DNA of 63,305 nucleotides, counting the filler, from Diploschistes diacapsis (Eukaryota), in the NCBI GenBank assembly GCA_023645945.1. It is 13 parts of 13 records of this genome, joined end to end, with 100 filler letters (N's around TTAATTAATTAA, not from the genome) between each part and the next. Parts side by side here need not be neighbours in the genome. Positions count along the whole stretch, not along the records: positions 47,797 to 50,828 come from JALAIB010002022.1; positions 50,929 to 53,956 come from JALAIB010002023.1; positions 54,057 to 57,073 come from JALAIB010002024.1; positions 57,174 to 60,189 come from JALAIB010002025.1; positions 60,290 to 63,305 come from JALAIB010002026.1; 8 more parts are not named here. One strand, written 5' to 3'. Of the stretch, positions 50,658 to 61,599 are shown piece by piece. Both the position numbers and the translations under genes were made by a program. Below the pieces are notes generated by a model. The model was given only the letters and a program-made list of their open reading frames with translations, was not told the DNA's origin and ran no database searches. Every line of letters begins with the position of its first letter. Positions within the stretch are counted from its first letter, which is position 1.

Positions 50658-51927
50658 TGACGCTAAGCCGATTTCAACCCCGGTTTTTCTTGCCGCCCGG
50701 AATTACTAAGTCCGCCGTGCTTGTTGTCGGCTTTGCGTTTCGAGAGCATCAATCACGTGTACTCTCTCGAACGCAGTAAACAGCTACAGCTGAATTGTTT
50801 TTAAAATGTGTAATATACATATATATATNNNNNNNNNNNNNNNNNNNNNNNNNNNNNNNNNNNNNNNNNNNNTTAATTAATTAANNNNNNNNNNNNNNNN
50901 NNNNNNNNNNNNNNNNNNNNNNNNNNNNGTATTGAAGAACGGGAGGAAGTGGATGGGTGAGGGGAAGCGGCATGGTGGAAGGGGGGTTTTATGGGATGGC
51001 AGCAGCTCCTAGGACAGTGGCGCTGGGAGAAGGTTTAGAAGTGGCAATGGATCGTATGGCTGAGGGGCATGTTTTGGTGAGTTGTCGTCTATTGGTGCTT
51101 TCTGCTATCTCTGTTTCGCTGTTGCATTGAACATATGGGGTGGGTGTTTCTATGTATGCTTACGATCAACTGGCTTGCCTCGACGAGTTTCAGAGAAGGA
51201 TGTTTCGTTAAAGCTCGCGGGAATTGCCTCGTTCCCATGAAATCGTGCTCTACACATAAACTCGCGGCGTATAGCCTGGTACAAAACGCACGGCATTGTT
51301 CTGGCGCGTTTGGTAATTCAGGATACAGGCAGCATCTTGAAATTAGGAGCTGACGATTCAGAGTCGCATAAAACCGCTTTCACCTATCTTGGATCCATTT
51401 GTTCACTTCCGCAGCATTTTGGGCATCTTGTATAGCGACATAGCTCGATCACTTCTATCGATAGCGCTATGCGCCTACCCAAGCTGCCCTATCATGCAAA
51501 TCCCTCCATCACGTTAACAAAGGCAGGGGAACAAGGGCTGGTTTCTCATCTCAACATGTCGCAGACAATGAAACGTGAAACAAGAGCACACAGCAGAGGA
51601 ATAGCGCAGATGGCACAAAACGCACAAAGAGCCAAGCAAACCCCAAATTAAGACAAAGCAAGAAAGCACCGGCCATGGACTCCGACATCAACTTCCGACT
51701 TCGAACAGCCACAACTCCCAGTCCCCCTTATCCCAACCTCGTCCCAAGTATATTACCCTTTCCTCCCACTCCCTCGTGCTCGACCTCCTGACATTTTCCA
51801 AAAAGCTAAAGGCCCCCTCCGACCCCAAGAAAAAGCCAACCTTCAATTCTCGATCTCAGGCAGATCACTACGTTCACCACTACCTCCGTCAACCCCACCT
51901 TAACGAGGCCCCCCGCCCCGAATCAAA

Positions 51928-52194
51928 ATGCTTTCCAAGTTCGCCTACGCGACAACCGCCCTCCTGGCCGCCAGCGTTGCCGCGCAGCCCATTGCGCAGG
52001 CCCCCAACGCCGGCGCCGTCCTCTCCGCCGTCGAAGCCCTCGAGCCGGCCGTTGTCGCCGAGGCCGGAGCCACCGCCACTCAGGTAGCTGCCGCCGCTGC
52101 TGCTGCTAAGCGCGGCGAGATGCCGGAGAAGAGGAGCGGCTGCCTGGGGTATGTTAATAACCAGTGCCCACCTGATTCTTGCAGTGTTATGTAA
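51928..52194 (+). CDS. 88-aa peptide precursor: signal peptide, Ala-rich pro-region, two KR sites, Cys-containing C-terminal peptide ending in CaaX (CSVM); candidate pheromone precursor
   Basis: AAAATG start context, strongly C/G-ending codons, MLSKFAYATTALLAASVAA|QP...AKRGEMPEKRSGCLGYVNNQCPPDSCSVM*, AATAAA downstream near 52294. Confidence 0.8.
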   Translation: MLSKFAYATTALLAASVAAQPIAQAPNAGAVLSAVEALEPAVVAEAGATATQVAAAAAAAKRGEMPEKRSGCLGYVNNQCPPDSCSVM

Positions 52195-52907
52195 GAAAAG
52201 CGTTATGTGAGGAGTGGGAGGGGCGAGAGTGGATGGTGTGAGGGAAAACGGGGGAGTTAGGGTGTTGAAGGTGTTGAGTGAGACTTGTTGAGAAATAAAT
52301 CTAATAGATTCGGATCGTATGATTCTGGCGTTATCCGGTGCGAATCTTGAGTGCTGGAAGAGGCTCGGCGTAGTAACAAGTCTGGGTACTGTTGTCCTGG
52401 TTCATTTCGGCGGCACGCCTGAGAAGATGCTGGAGCTGTCCAAGGTCATATAGTCCCTAAGTGTTCAGCCATTTCTGCCGCGATCTGCCCATTGACCCGA
52501 AGAAAAGCGTTAATTGGAATCGCAACAAGAGAGAATAAAGGAGATTGTTAGTTCGACCTGCCTTGGCCATCTATCCCAAGTCTTGATCCGTGCGAACAGA
52601 AAGGCAGCTTCGTCTAGGATCACGATAAGTCGACTTCGTACCTCTCTAAACACGCGGACAGTCAGAAGACTCACTGAGTCAACGCTGCCCATTAGACTCC
52701 CTTCAAACCTTTCTCTCCAGCCAGCGAAACGAACACAGGTACGAGATAGAATTATTTATTTCCACTTTAATCTCAACTCTCAACTCTCTCTTCCTCAATC
52801 TAGGAACCCTATTACCTCGAGTTCCATAACAAACCTCGTGTCCTTCACCCTCCATCACCTTCCATCTCGACCATCATATCCAAGCCAATCTCAACAGACC
52901 ACCCACA

Positions 52908-53385
52908 ATGTCCCCCTTTCAATCCATCCTATCCTACCTCTTTCCCCCCTCCGGCTCCTCCGGCTCCTCCGGCTCAAGCTCAGACTCAGCGGCGTTCTCG
53001 CAAGACACCGCCAACGCTACCTCGCCCTCTACCACCTCGCCCTCCAGTACGTCTCCCACCACCGTCCCCTCTGCCTCTTCTACTACACCACCCTCAGCCC
53101 CAACCACAACCACATCTCCCCCCACCACTCCGGACCCAACCCCGAAATACCCCCGTTCAAAGTGGAATTTCCTTCCAGTAAGTTACGTCCATATATCTCA
53201 CCCAGCAAGCAAGCAAGCACCCTTTCACTTAATCCAGCACCCAAGTCCGAGTCCCGTCGGGGCCGTCGCCAGCCCTGACTCGCCAAAAATAAACCAAACC
53301 AAACTTAAAAAACGGCGCCAAGAGCTGACGCGTTGGTGTGCAGGAAGACATCGAGTATTCTTCCGACTTTGGGCCGTTTTTGTAG
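52908..53385 (+). CDS. 103-aa Ser/Thr/Pro-rich hypothetical protein; intron 53178-53343
   Basis: CACAATG start; GTAAGT...GCTGAC...CAG intron gives ...PTPKYPRSKWNFLP|EDIEYSSDFGPFL*. Confidence 0.7.
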
Positions 53386-54056
53386 TGCTGTTAGAGGTGG
53401 AGAGGGAGAGGCTGTCCCGCTTGGTCTCTGTTGGGGATCGGGGTGCGACTGACTGGGTTGAAGATGAAGAGACTCGAAGCAGGGGTAGCGGACGGCGATT
53501 GATGGCGAGTAGGTCGCGGTGAGCCAGGGGAATGGGGATAGTAGGACGGTCATGTGTGTGCCTCTGTTTAGCATCCGAGACTGGGGAAGGGGGCCACTGA
53601 CTGAGCCACAGCACAGTAGTGCAGATTACGAGATTGATTCCTGACTTGCTGTATCAGCGGGACTGGGTTGGCTAGTGGGATGCGCGATTTGGACTGAGGT
53701 GGCTGACAGAACTGGCTGAACTGGATAACGCAGAGAAACTTAATGCTTGCGAATCAAACATCAGTTTTACTTCTTCGCGGAAAAAAAGCCCGTACCCCTG
53801 TAACAAGATCCCCCCATGAGCACTCATTCCAGTTCTCGGAACAAGACCTACCTCCTCAAACGCTCACTGCTGTGCCTGAATCATACATCATCATGACCTT
53901 CTTATCCATCATTATTGAGCCAATCCCATCATCCCTCATCCCAAAATCCATCTTCCNNNNNNNNNNNNNNNNNNNNNNNNNNNNNNNNNNNNNNNNNNNN
54001 TTAATTAATTAANNNNNNNNNNNNNNNNNNNNNNNNNNNNNNNNNNNNNNNNNNNN

Positions 54057-55015
54057 TATTTATCCTTCGGTGTTTATCGGGCCGACAAGATTAAAGAAAA
54101 GAAATAATATTACGATTTAAGTAACTAAATAATAGCCATTTAGTATTTCATAACTGATCGGGCCTAACCCAATCATTCCTTATATATAATCCAATTATAA
54201 TAACGCTAATCACGTAATAAATAAAAAGCCTTAAAGACTATTCTACCCTCTATAAATAAAACGAAAGAACGGTAATTCTATTCATCTATTAATCTATTCC
54301 GCTAAAAAGTAATTAGTTATATAAGAACGCGTTATAATTCCTATAAATCGCGATATGTTTATCTTTATAAACATCTTTAACGATTATTCGAGATTAATTT
54401 ATATTCGTTTATCTTTATTACTAGATAACAATCTTTCTAAAAATCAGAACAGATCTATTACCGATCTTCTTCTTCTCCTTCCATACTCCTTTTCTACCAG
54501 AGACCAAACCCACCTTAATCAATACCTCGTGTCTACGTTATAGAGATAGAGATCATAACATTAAGTAATCGATTTACGCCATAAAGGTACTTATGCGAAG
54601 GCCTATTTCTTTCATATAGGAGATCTTGTACTACTTTATAATAATAAATATTAGGAGGATTATTCCGTATTTAAAAAGTTGAACATTTGATAGTTCGGTT
54701 CTTATAAGATAACCTATATAGATTATAAGAAGTTAGTATATAAGCTTGCCGAGCTTGATAGCACGGACTTTAATGGAACTTTTGTTAAAAAAAGATTAAA
54801 AGTTTTTATTAGCGATCTTATAAAAGATATTCTATAGCCCGAACCTGGACCGGAGTTGGAAGAAGATAATGAAGCCTCGGAGGAAAAATGGAGGGAGATT
54901 CTGGATTTAAGGAAGCTATATCTGGCATATTAGAAGGGTACATTCTAGTAGGGGAGAATTTCGCTGTAGTGGTATAGGAGAGGGGTCCTTTTATTGGTTA
55001 TAGGGGGGGGAAAGG
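54057..55015 (+). mobile_element. RIP-degraded Ty3/gypsy integrase C-terminus with downstream purine tract
   Basis: GDLVLLY...FKKLNI**FGSYKI...YKLAELDSTDFNGTF...RLKVF at ~54618-54810 resembles the gypsy KL..RW.GPY...Y.L.ELDG tail; G-run at 55003-55010. Confidence 0.7.
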
Positions 55016-55499
55016 TCTAGTTGAACTTTTGATAACCCTTTATGAATTTAGGGGTACTAGAAAAAAATTTTTATAGCTTTTTTTTCATTCTGCGTTAAAT
55101 ATTTTGTGATTTTGTGTGTCTATTCTCATTCTATTTAAATTATTATTTAAATTACTGCTTGTTATGATCTGAGGTTTTATTTGATATGTTTTAAGAATCT
55201 TGTTGCGCCTTAAGTTCTTATTTGACTTACGTGTCTTAAGATTCTGTTAATTGTGCTTCGAGATTTTATTGATTTTGCCTTAAGATCCTGCTAATTGCTT
55301 ATTAAGATCTTATTAATAGAAATACGAATTACCCTTAATAATAGCTGATAGTATACCTTTTGTACTAGTATAAGGTTTTTTTTATAACCCCTAGCTTTGT
55401 TAAAAAGTCTTGTTTAAGTTGGAAGTTATTAAATATTAATAGTATTAATAGATGGAAGTAGCTTTAATATTATTAAGAGTTTTTTTAACCACGTGAGGA

Positions 55500-57073
55500 A
55501 GTAACCTTTAGGCGACCGGTATTTCTTGATATATGAAGTAAAAATTAAAATTAAGATAGCGGTTTATTTAATAACGGATTATCTCGGACAGTTGGCCGAT
55601 GAGATAGAAAAAAAGAATTTATATGTCGCTACCGGAGTTTTAGAAATAATATATAAAAAAAAGTAAGAATCGGTAAAGGAGTTTACGCGAAATTATAAGT
55701 AAAAGTTGCTACGGATAAGCAATACGATTAAAAGAATTAACAAGATATAAGGCGAATAGCTTACGAGATTAGTTTATTTCGGAAATATTTATGGATTCTT
55801 TAAAAATTATGTAAAGATAATAAGGGTTTTTATTATATTAGTAAATAAGAACGTCGGATTAGTTTAATAATTTTTAATTAATACGATGGCCGTTCGCCTA
55901 AAAGGGACGACTGTTAAGATATATAAAATAAGGGTATTGTTAATTTCGGATGTTTAGAAGGCAATTAAATATATAAAGGATATTTTAGAATCTTTAGATA
56001 AAGGCACTATATTGATCTCGGAATAAGTTATACTTATGATAAATAAACTAACGCATATTGGCATCGACTTGCGACGTGTTAGATTGATTATTGTACTAGA
56101 CTCGGTTATTCCTGTTAATCTCGCCTTATTAATAGAAGTAAAAAAAGAGCAAGGATCAGTTGTAGATAAATAGTTTACTTTATTAGAAGCTAGAAGTTTA
56201 CTAATAGGTAATGAAAGCGCCGGGTTTTTTGACTTTATGATCATAGGCACCGAGCAGGGGACCCTAGGGTCCTGTAATCAAGATAATCTCGCATCCGTTT
56301 TTGGTAATCCTTTACTTTTTGTCATGCCTTTAGGATCTGTTGTCATAAAAGTAAGGAGGATGGCCCTCGCTATTATAGAAGTATAGAGTTGTGGTTATCG
56401 GGTAGAAAGTAGACTGTACAAGATCATTATTATTAAAGATCTGTTTTCCTTCTTAGTCTTTATCTTCTAGAATAGGTTTTTATTTGTTGAGTATGATAAA
56501 AGCATTTACTTCTTATATCTGCGTATGTTATACGAAGCGTTTAACTTGAAGAATCGCAATAAAGACAGAGCAGCCTTAATAGAAAAACTAATCTTAGTAT
56601 GCGAGAATGAGGAAAAACTCGGCGAGCTTAAAACCGGTAAAGACATTTATCTACTATTTAGAAAGGATAGCCGATTAATTAGATCCTCGAATAAGCTTAA
56701 TAATTATAAATTCTTTAACCGAATGCAGTAAGTATAAGCTTTTATTTATAACGAAGTATTAAGATACTTTATTGCTGGATTAAATGAAGCTGGCTTAAAC
56801 TTCAAGATACAATAAAGTTAGGACGAGGACGGAAATATCGTTGTTAATAGTATTTTTGATTAGATTTTTAAATCGAAAATAGATATCTCGGGTCTTTATA
56901 AAGGTCTATTATTAGTTAATGTTATAAAACAGGAATTTATTATATATTAATGATATTTAAGAAAATAGGATAGTTAATTTAATCTAGGTTAATGTCGGAT
57001 GATATATTATAATGATATATAGTAGTAGGCTGGCCGTTTCGTGCCACGGTCACTAACACGGACACTATAATAA
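55500..57073. mobile_element. RIP-degraded repeat of unidentified family
   Basis: AT-rich and TpA-rich with residual coding-like frames (e.g. 56525-56731); no diagnostic motif recognised. Confidence 0.4.
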
Positions 57074-60000
57074 NNNNNNNNNNNNNNNNNNNNNNNNNNN
57101 NNNNNNNNNNNNNNNNNTTAATTAATTAANNNNNNNNNNNNNNNNNNNNNNNNNNNNNNNNNNNNNNNNNNNNCTCAAACCCTCACCCAGCACTCCACAG
57201 CCCACCTCCACCTCCTCTCCTCTCCCCACCAAGCCCTCTCGCACCTCATCCATAACCACGCCTCTTCACCCCCCACTCGTCGGGCCCCAACCCGGAACCA
57301 CAAAACACACGCGCCATGCCAGGAACACAGCAGCCCCTATCTCGGCACCACGATCCCCGGCACCCTGCCGTCCACGCGTGGGGCGCAGGCGCGCGCGCGG
57401 CACCAGGTCGGAGACCAAGTACATGACGAACACGGGGGACGCCTGGTGCCGCGGAGCCCCCCTTGCTCAAGAGCCAGCGCTTGGGGCCGGAAGGGTGGCG
57501 GATACGGGCGTATCGTGGCCCCCGTTGTGGGGACAATGGGGGACGGTTGTGGGTATGTGGGTGCGTATGTGGAGATTGGAGGTGGGTGCGTGAGATGGAC
57601 GATTGGGACGATGGGACGATGTGGCGGGGGTGGGGGGGTGTATTGGCTGTGGTTGAGGAGGACGGGTGCGCGGAGCGTGTTGGCTGGGTACAGGATATTG
57701 GGGGGGGAGTGTGTTGGTCCTTAGTTGGATAGGGGATCGAGCATGGGGAGTAAGTAGGGGAAGAGGGATGAGGTGCAAGTGGAAGTGGAAGTGGAAGTGG
57801 AAGTGGGCTGGTTGTGGTGGTGTTGGAGGAGCTGGAGTTCGGCGGTGGGCTTCTGGGATGTCCTTTGGGGCAGGAAGTCTTGTTTCTCTAGGAGAGCACA
57901 GGGGTGGCGTTTGAGGGGGTTGCGGTGGGTAGGGGCGTTCATGAGTCAGGTTGGAGTAACGAGAGGGACAGAAATTTGGGATGGAACACTGGCTGCGTAC
58001 GTCAATCTCACGAACAATGTTTTGTCCGTATACATAACATGGATAGGGGCTGGCTGGAAAGGGGGCTGATCTGGGATTTCCGGAGATATAGCGGATGGGC
58101 AATTTTTAACCTCCCGTCTCTTTTTCTTTTATTGTAAGATTTTGCCGTGATTCCTGTCAATCATTATGCACGGGTCTCGTCTTACAAAAAAGGCCTCCCC
58201 TGTTTGCGAGATACTATATAAACGATCAGCGGGAAAGACGGATTGGCTAGAGAAGAAAATGCATGGCGATGGCTATACCACCTGCCTTCTGCCCGTTGAC
58301 ATGGTTCGGAGAGGATCTATACACTCCATGATCAATAAAGATGCAAGGTAGGGAACATAAGGATGCCTAGACCTATTTTCAATTTCCAGAGTCCTTCATA
58401 TCGTCTTTCATTATATGTCGCTTTATTAGCTCCCCTTGAAAGCTTCAGCCGCTGGATCATTCTAATTGGAATTTACTCCCCCGATCTGTATGGGGGTTCT
58501 AGATGATTACTCGTTGCTTTAAATATTTTTTAGTCAGATGTGAAGCGAGTCAGTCATTCTGTTGTTTGAGTGTCATTCGTTCACGGTTCAGCCAGACAGT
58601 CGCACAAGTCGTTCAGATATCCCCAATCCGATGTGACGTTGCTGTTGACCTGTTTGCTTGTTGCCAGTTCTTCGCGGGGATAAGAGGGTACGACTGCCAT
58701 CCTAAGATCACAGGAGATGATAACTCGTTACCGGAATCTTCCACGATACGGTAGGTTGGTGGTCTTGTCTTCAAAGCGTACTCTGTGAACTTCTAATCCC
58801 GATTCTAAGGGCTGTCGCGTCATCTGAAATCTTCAATGCTCGCATTTCTTGTTATTTCTTCTTTCCCCCTGTTATTGATTACTAGCGCTCGATCTTTTCC
58901 ACGACTTACTCTGCTTGCCGTATTCGCAAATCCATCCCTTCCATAATCTTGCTCGGGGGCCTTCTTCATTGCTCTATCTGCAGCATCACTATGCTCCTAC
59001 CACTCCCGAATCGCCCACCACGCCTGCACTGCTCGAAAGACAGCCAACCTTCAGCAACAAATCCATCCCCCCCCCAAAAAAAGACACTCCAGCAAGCTCA
59101 ACGAGCATCCAACCGCACAGCCCATCCAGCAAGCCGCCAGCGAAACGATGCCAACCTAATTCTCCAACCCCTTCCTCTCGCGAGCCCCTCCATATGCCTC
59201 AAGTCCGAGGGATCTTCGCCAGCGACCCCTTGGGGTTCCCCCATTCGCCTCGCCCCCCGACTCTACCTTTTCTGCACCGCATAGTCTACAGAGCCCGAAT
59301 TGGACCGGATCCGTCATGCGGAAGCCTGGGAACCGGAACCGCGAAAGGCGACGGCCGTTGGAAAACAAACCTTGTCCCTTTCCATACGGTCTTTTCCTCG
59401 TCCTTGCCCCCTTATTCAAGTGCTGCATTTTCACCTCCCTGCAGGGAGAAGAAGAAGAAGGAGGAGGAGAAGCGGGGAGGTGGAGAGGGAGTAGGGAAAG
59501 GCAGAGCAGAAGGGAGTGGACTGGAGAGAGGGAAAAACAAACGACGAGGAGGAGGAGGAGGAGGAGGAGCAGAGTAGACCGTGGGAATTGGAGCGGGACG
59601 CCACCAGCTCCCCCCTCGCTGCTGGCTAACGGTACAAGCAAGCGCGCGAAAAAAAAGCACCACCCGTCTCTCGGGCCGTAGGCAGAGAGGTAAGGCGCGA
59701 TTGGAGTGGATTCGGTGTTCTGGGAAAGAGGAGGGGTGGAACCCGTCATCGATATGGGATGGAGAAGCAGGGTCCGTTTTTTTATATATGTGAGCCGTCA
59801 ATAGGGGGGGGGAAGGAAGAACCGTAATTCTAAGCGCTATAAACCAGAGTTGTGGAAACTAGCACCAGCGCCGGAACGGAGATGCACGTTGATTCGTCCT
59901 CACTGGGGAAAAGAAAAGAAAAAGAAAAGAAAGAAAAACGGATATTGCTCCATCCTCATTAACGCTCTCTCGAAAAAAAGTCTAATCTGTCATGCCAAGT

Positions 60001-60738
60001 CCGTCCGTTACAATGATATGGTATCGATATCATATCGGTACAAGCCAGCGTACTCGATTCCAACGCCGTGACTCCAAGCTTTGGCCTCCCTCCCTTTCCC
60101 CATTGCCCGCCGGCCATGTCTGCGGCCCCCTTTCTATCTCCCATCCTTGTGCAAAACCACCCAACCCCCGTCTTAAAATAAAAATAAAANNNNNNNNNNN
60201 NNNNNNNNNNNNNNNNNNNNNNNNNNNNNNNNNTTAATTAATTAANNNNNNNNNNNNNNNNNNNNNNNNNNNNNNNNNNNNNNNNNNNNTATTAAGGTTT
60301 TTGGATGAGGCTTGGCACTTTCCTCACCAATTTTAAATCTTATTAGGGCTAGTTTATAGATTGCTTAAATCTTTAGTTATTTCAAATATTCTGACGTCAT
60401 TTTAAAGAGAATAAATCGAAAAAAAATAATAAATTAAAAAATATTCAAATATCGGAAAACTCGACCAGGTCGGAATAGAAAGTATTTTGCATCTCCGTCC
60501 TGTAAGGGTGTTTCGCGGATAAATTATCCCCGCTCTATCAAAGCATCTCTATCCTGCCCTAGGATGAAGCAAGTGATGATATTAGGTTAATCCTAAAACC
60601 CCTCTTTAATCATTCTTATTTCTTAATACTAGCGGTTAGTCCTAAAATCCCCTTCCGTTTATTATTCCTTCTTAACACTAGCGGTCGCTGTTAAAAACCC
60701 TTATTTATTATTTAAAAACATTCTTCTATCATTCCAAT

Positions 60739-61460
60739 CTATCTTTTTAACCTTGAGCTCCTCCTTTCCGCCTTCTTCGCTTTCCTATCCGCTTTTCTGG
60801 GCCTCCCCCGCTTCGGTTTGCCCTCTTCTACCGCTCCTATTACCCCTTCCGCTTTTTCGAACACCACCGAAACTTCTGGCGGTCCTTAACATTCTTTCGA
60901 ATTATCTGCCGTAATTCTGACCCCCGTAGAATAATCTAAATTCAATTAATAAACCTTCTAAATATCAAAAAGAAAAAAAACTTACAATATCCAAAACCAG
61001 CATCATTTAAAATCATATCTAACTCCTAAATAGGTAGCATATATCCCATAATTTTTTCCGCTGCCACCTTCAGCCAATCAATCTCTTCTTTATTCGTACT
61101 AAAATTCATCGAAAAATCCGTAATAGGCGAATATCCAGCCGACATATTTTCGTTTAATTGATTTGAATCAATTATCGGAATATTATCGTTAAATTGGTTC
61201 GTAGCCATAATCAGAATATTTTCTATTAATTGACCCGAACTAGTATCGAAAGAAGGATTCGAAAACATCTGCGATTGAAGAGCTATTTCAGCTGAACTAT
61301 CGAAGCTGAAAACACCGCCAGAACGTCGAATTTCTAATCCATGACATGCAGGACAATTAGCAGCAATTAAATGTCCCGGACAGTCAAAAGAAGAAGCAGA
61401 TAAAGTATTAATCGAAATAGGGGCTCGATCGCATAGCTCACAAAGCTCGAAAAAATACAT
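60739..61460 (-). pseudogene. RIP-mutated two-exon gene: N-terminal Cys/His cluster and C-terminal AT-hook; intron 60985-60936
   Basis: MYFFELCELCDR...DCPGHLIAANCPACHG; GTAAGT...TAG intron; frame continues to KPKRGRPRKADRKAKKAERRSSRLKR*; two internal stops (TAG 61026-61028, TAA 60886-60888) compatible with CAG/CAA to TAG/TAA RIP changes. Confidence 0.65.
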
Positions 61461-61599
61461 TTTATTTATAAATATAAATAAAAGTATGAAAAATGACAAT
61501 AAACTTATTAAAAAGAACTGAAGAATGGTCTCTATTTATCTTCTAAATTCTAAATAATTAAAAAATCTAGATTTCCATTTCGGCCTTATTATCGGCCTA

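Noticed and set aside
9433..50828. Apparent cluster of polarity/cytoskeleton genes (LAS17, formin, TRS120, EB1, Chs7-like)
   Set aside because: LAS17, EB1 and the Chs7-like gene are on separate contigs joined by artificial spacers; only the formin and TRS120 share a contig.
52410..52440. GCCTGAGAA as a TPP riboswitch core
   Set aside because: The downstream CTTGAT...TAAT...AGCG elements are missing.
57467..59801. ORFs 57467..58102, 58915..59577 and 59156..59749 as proteins
   Set aside because: Low-complexity translations of purine/pyrimidine tracts and microsatellites, with no domain signal.
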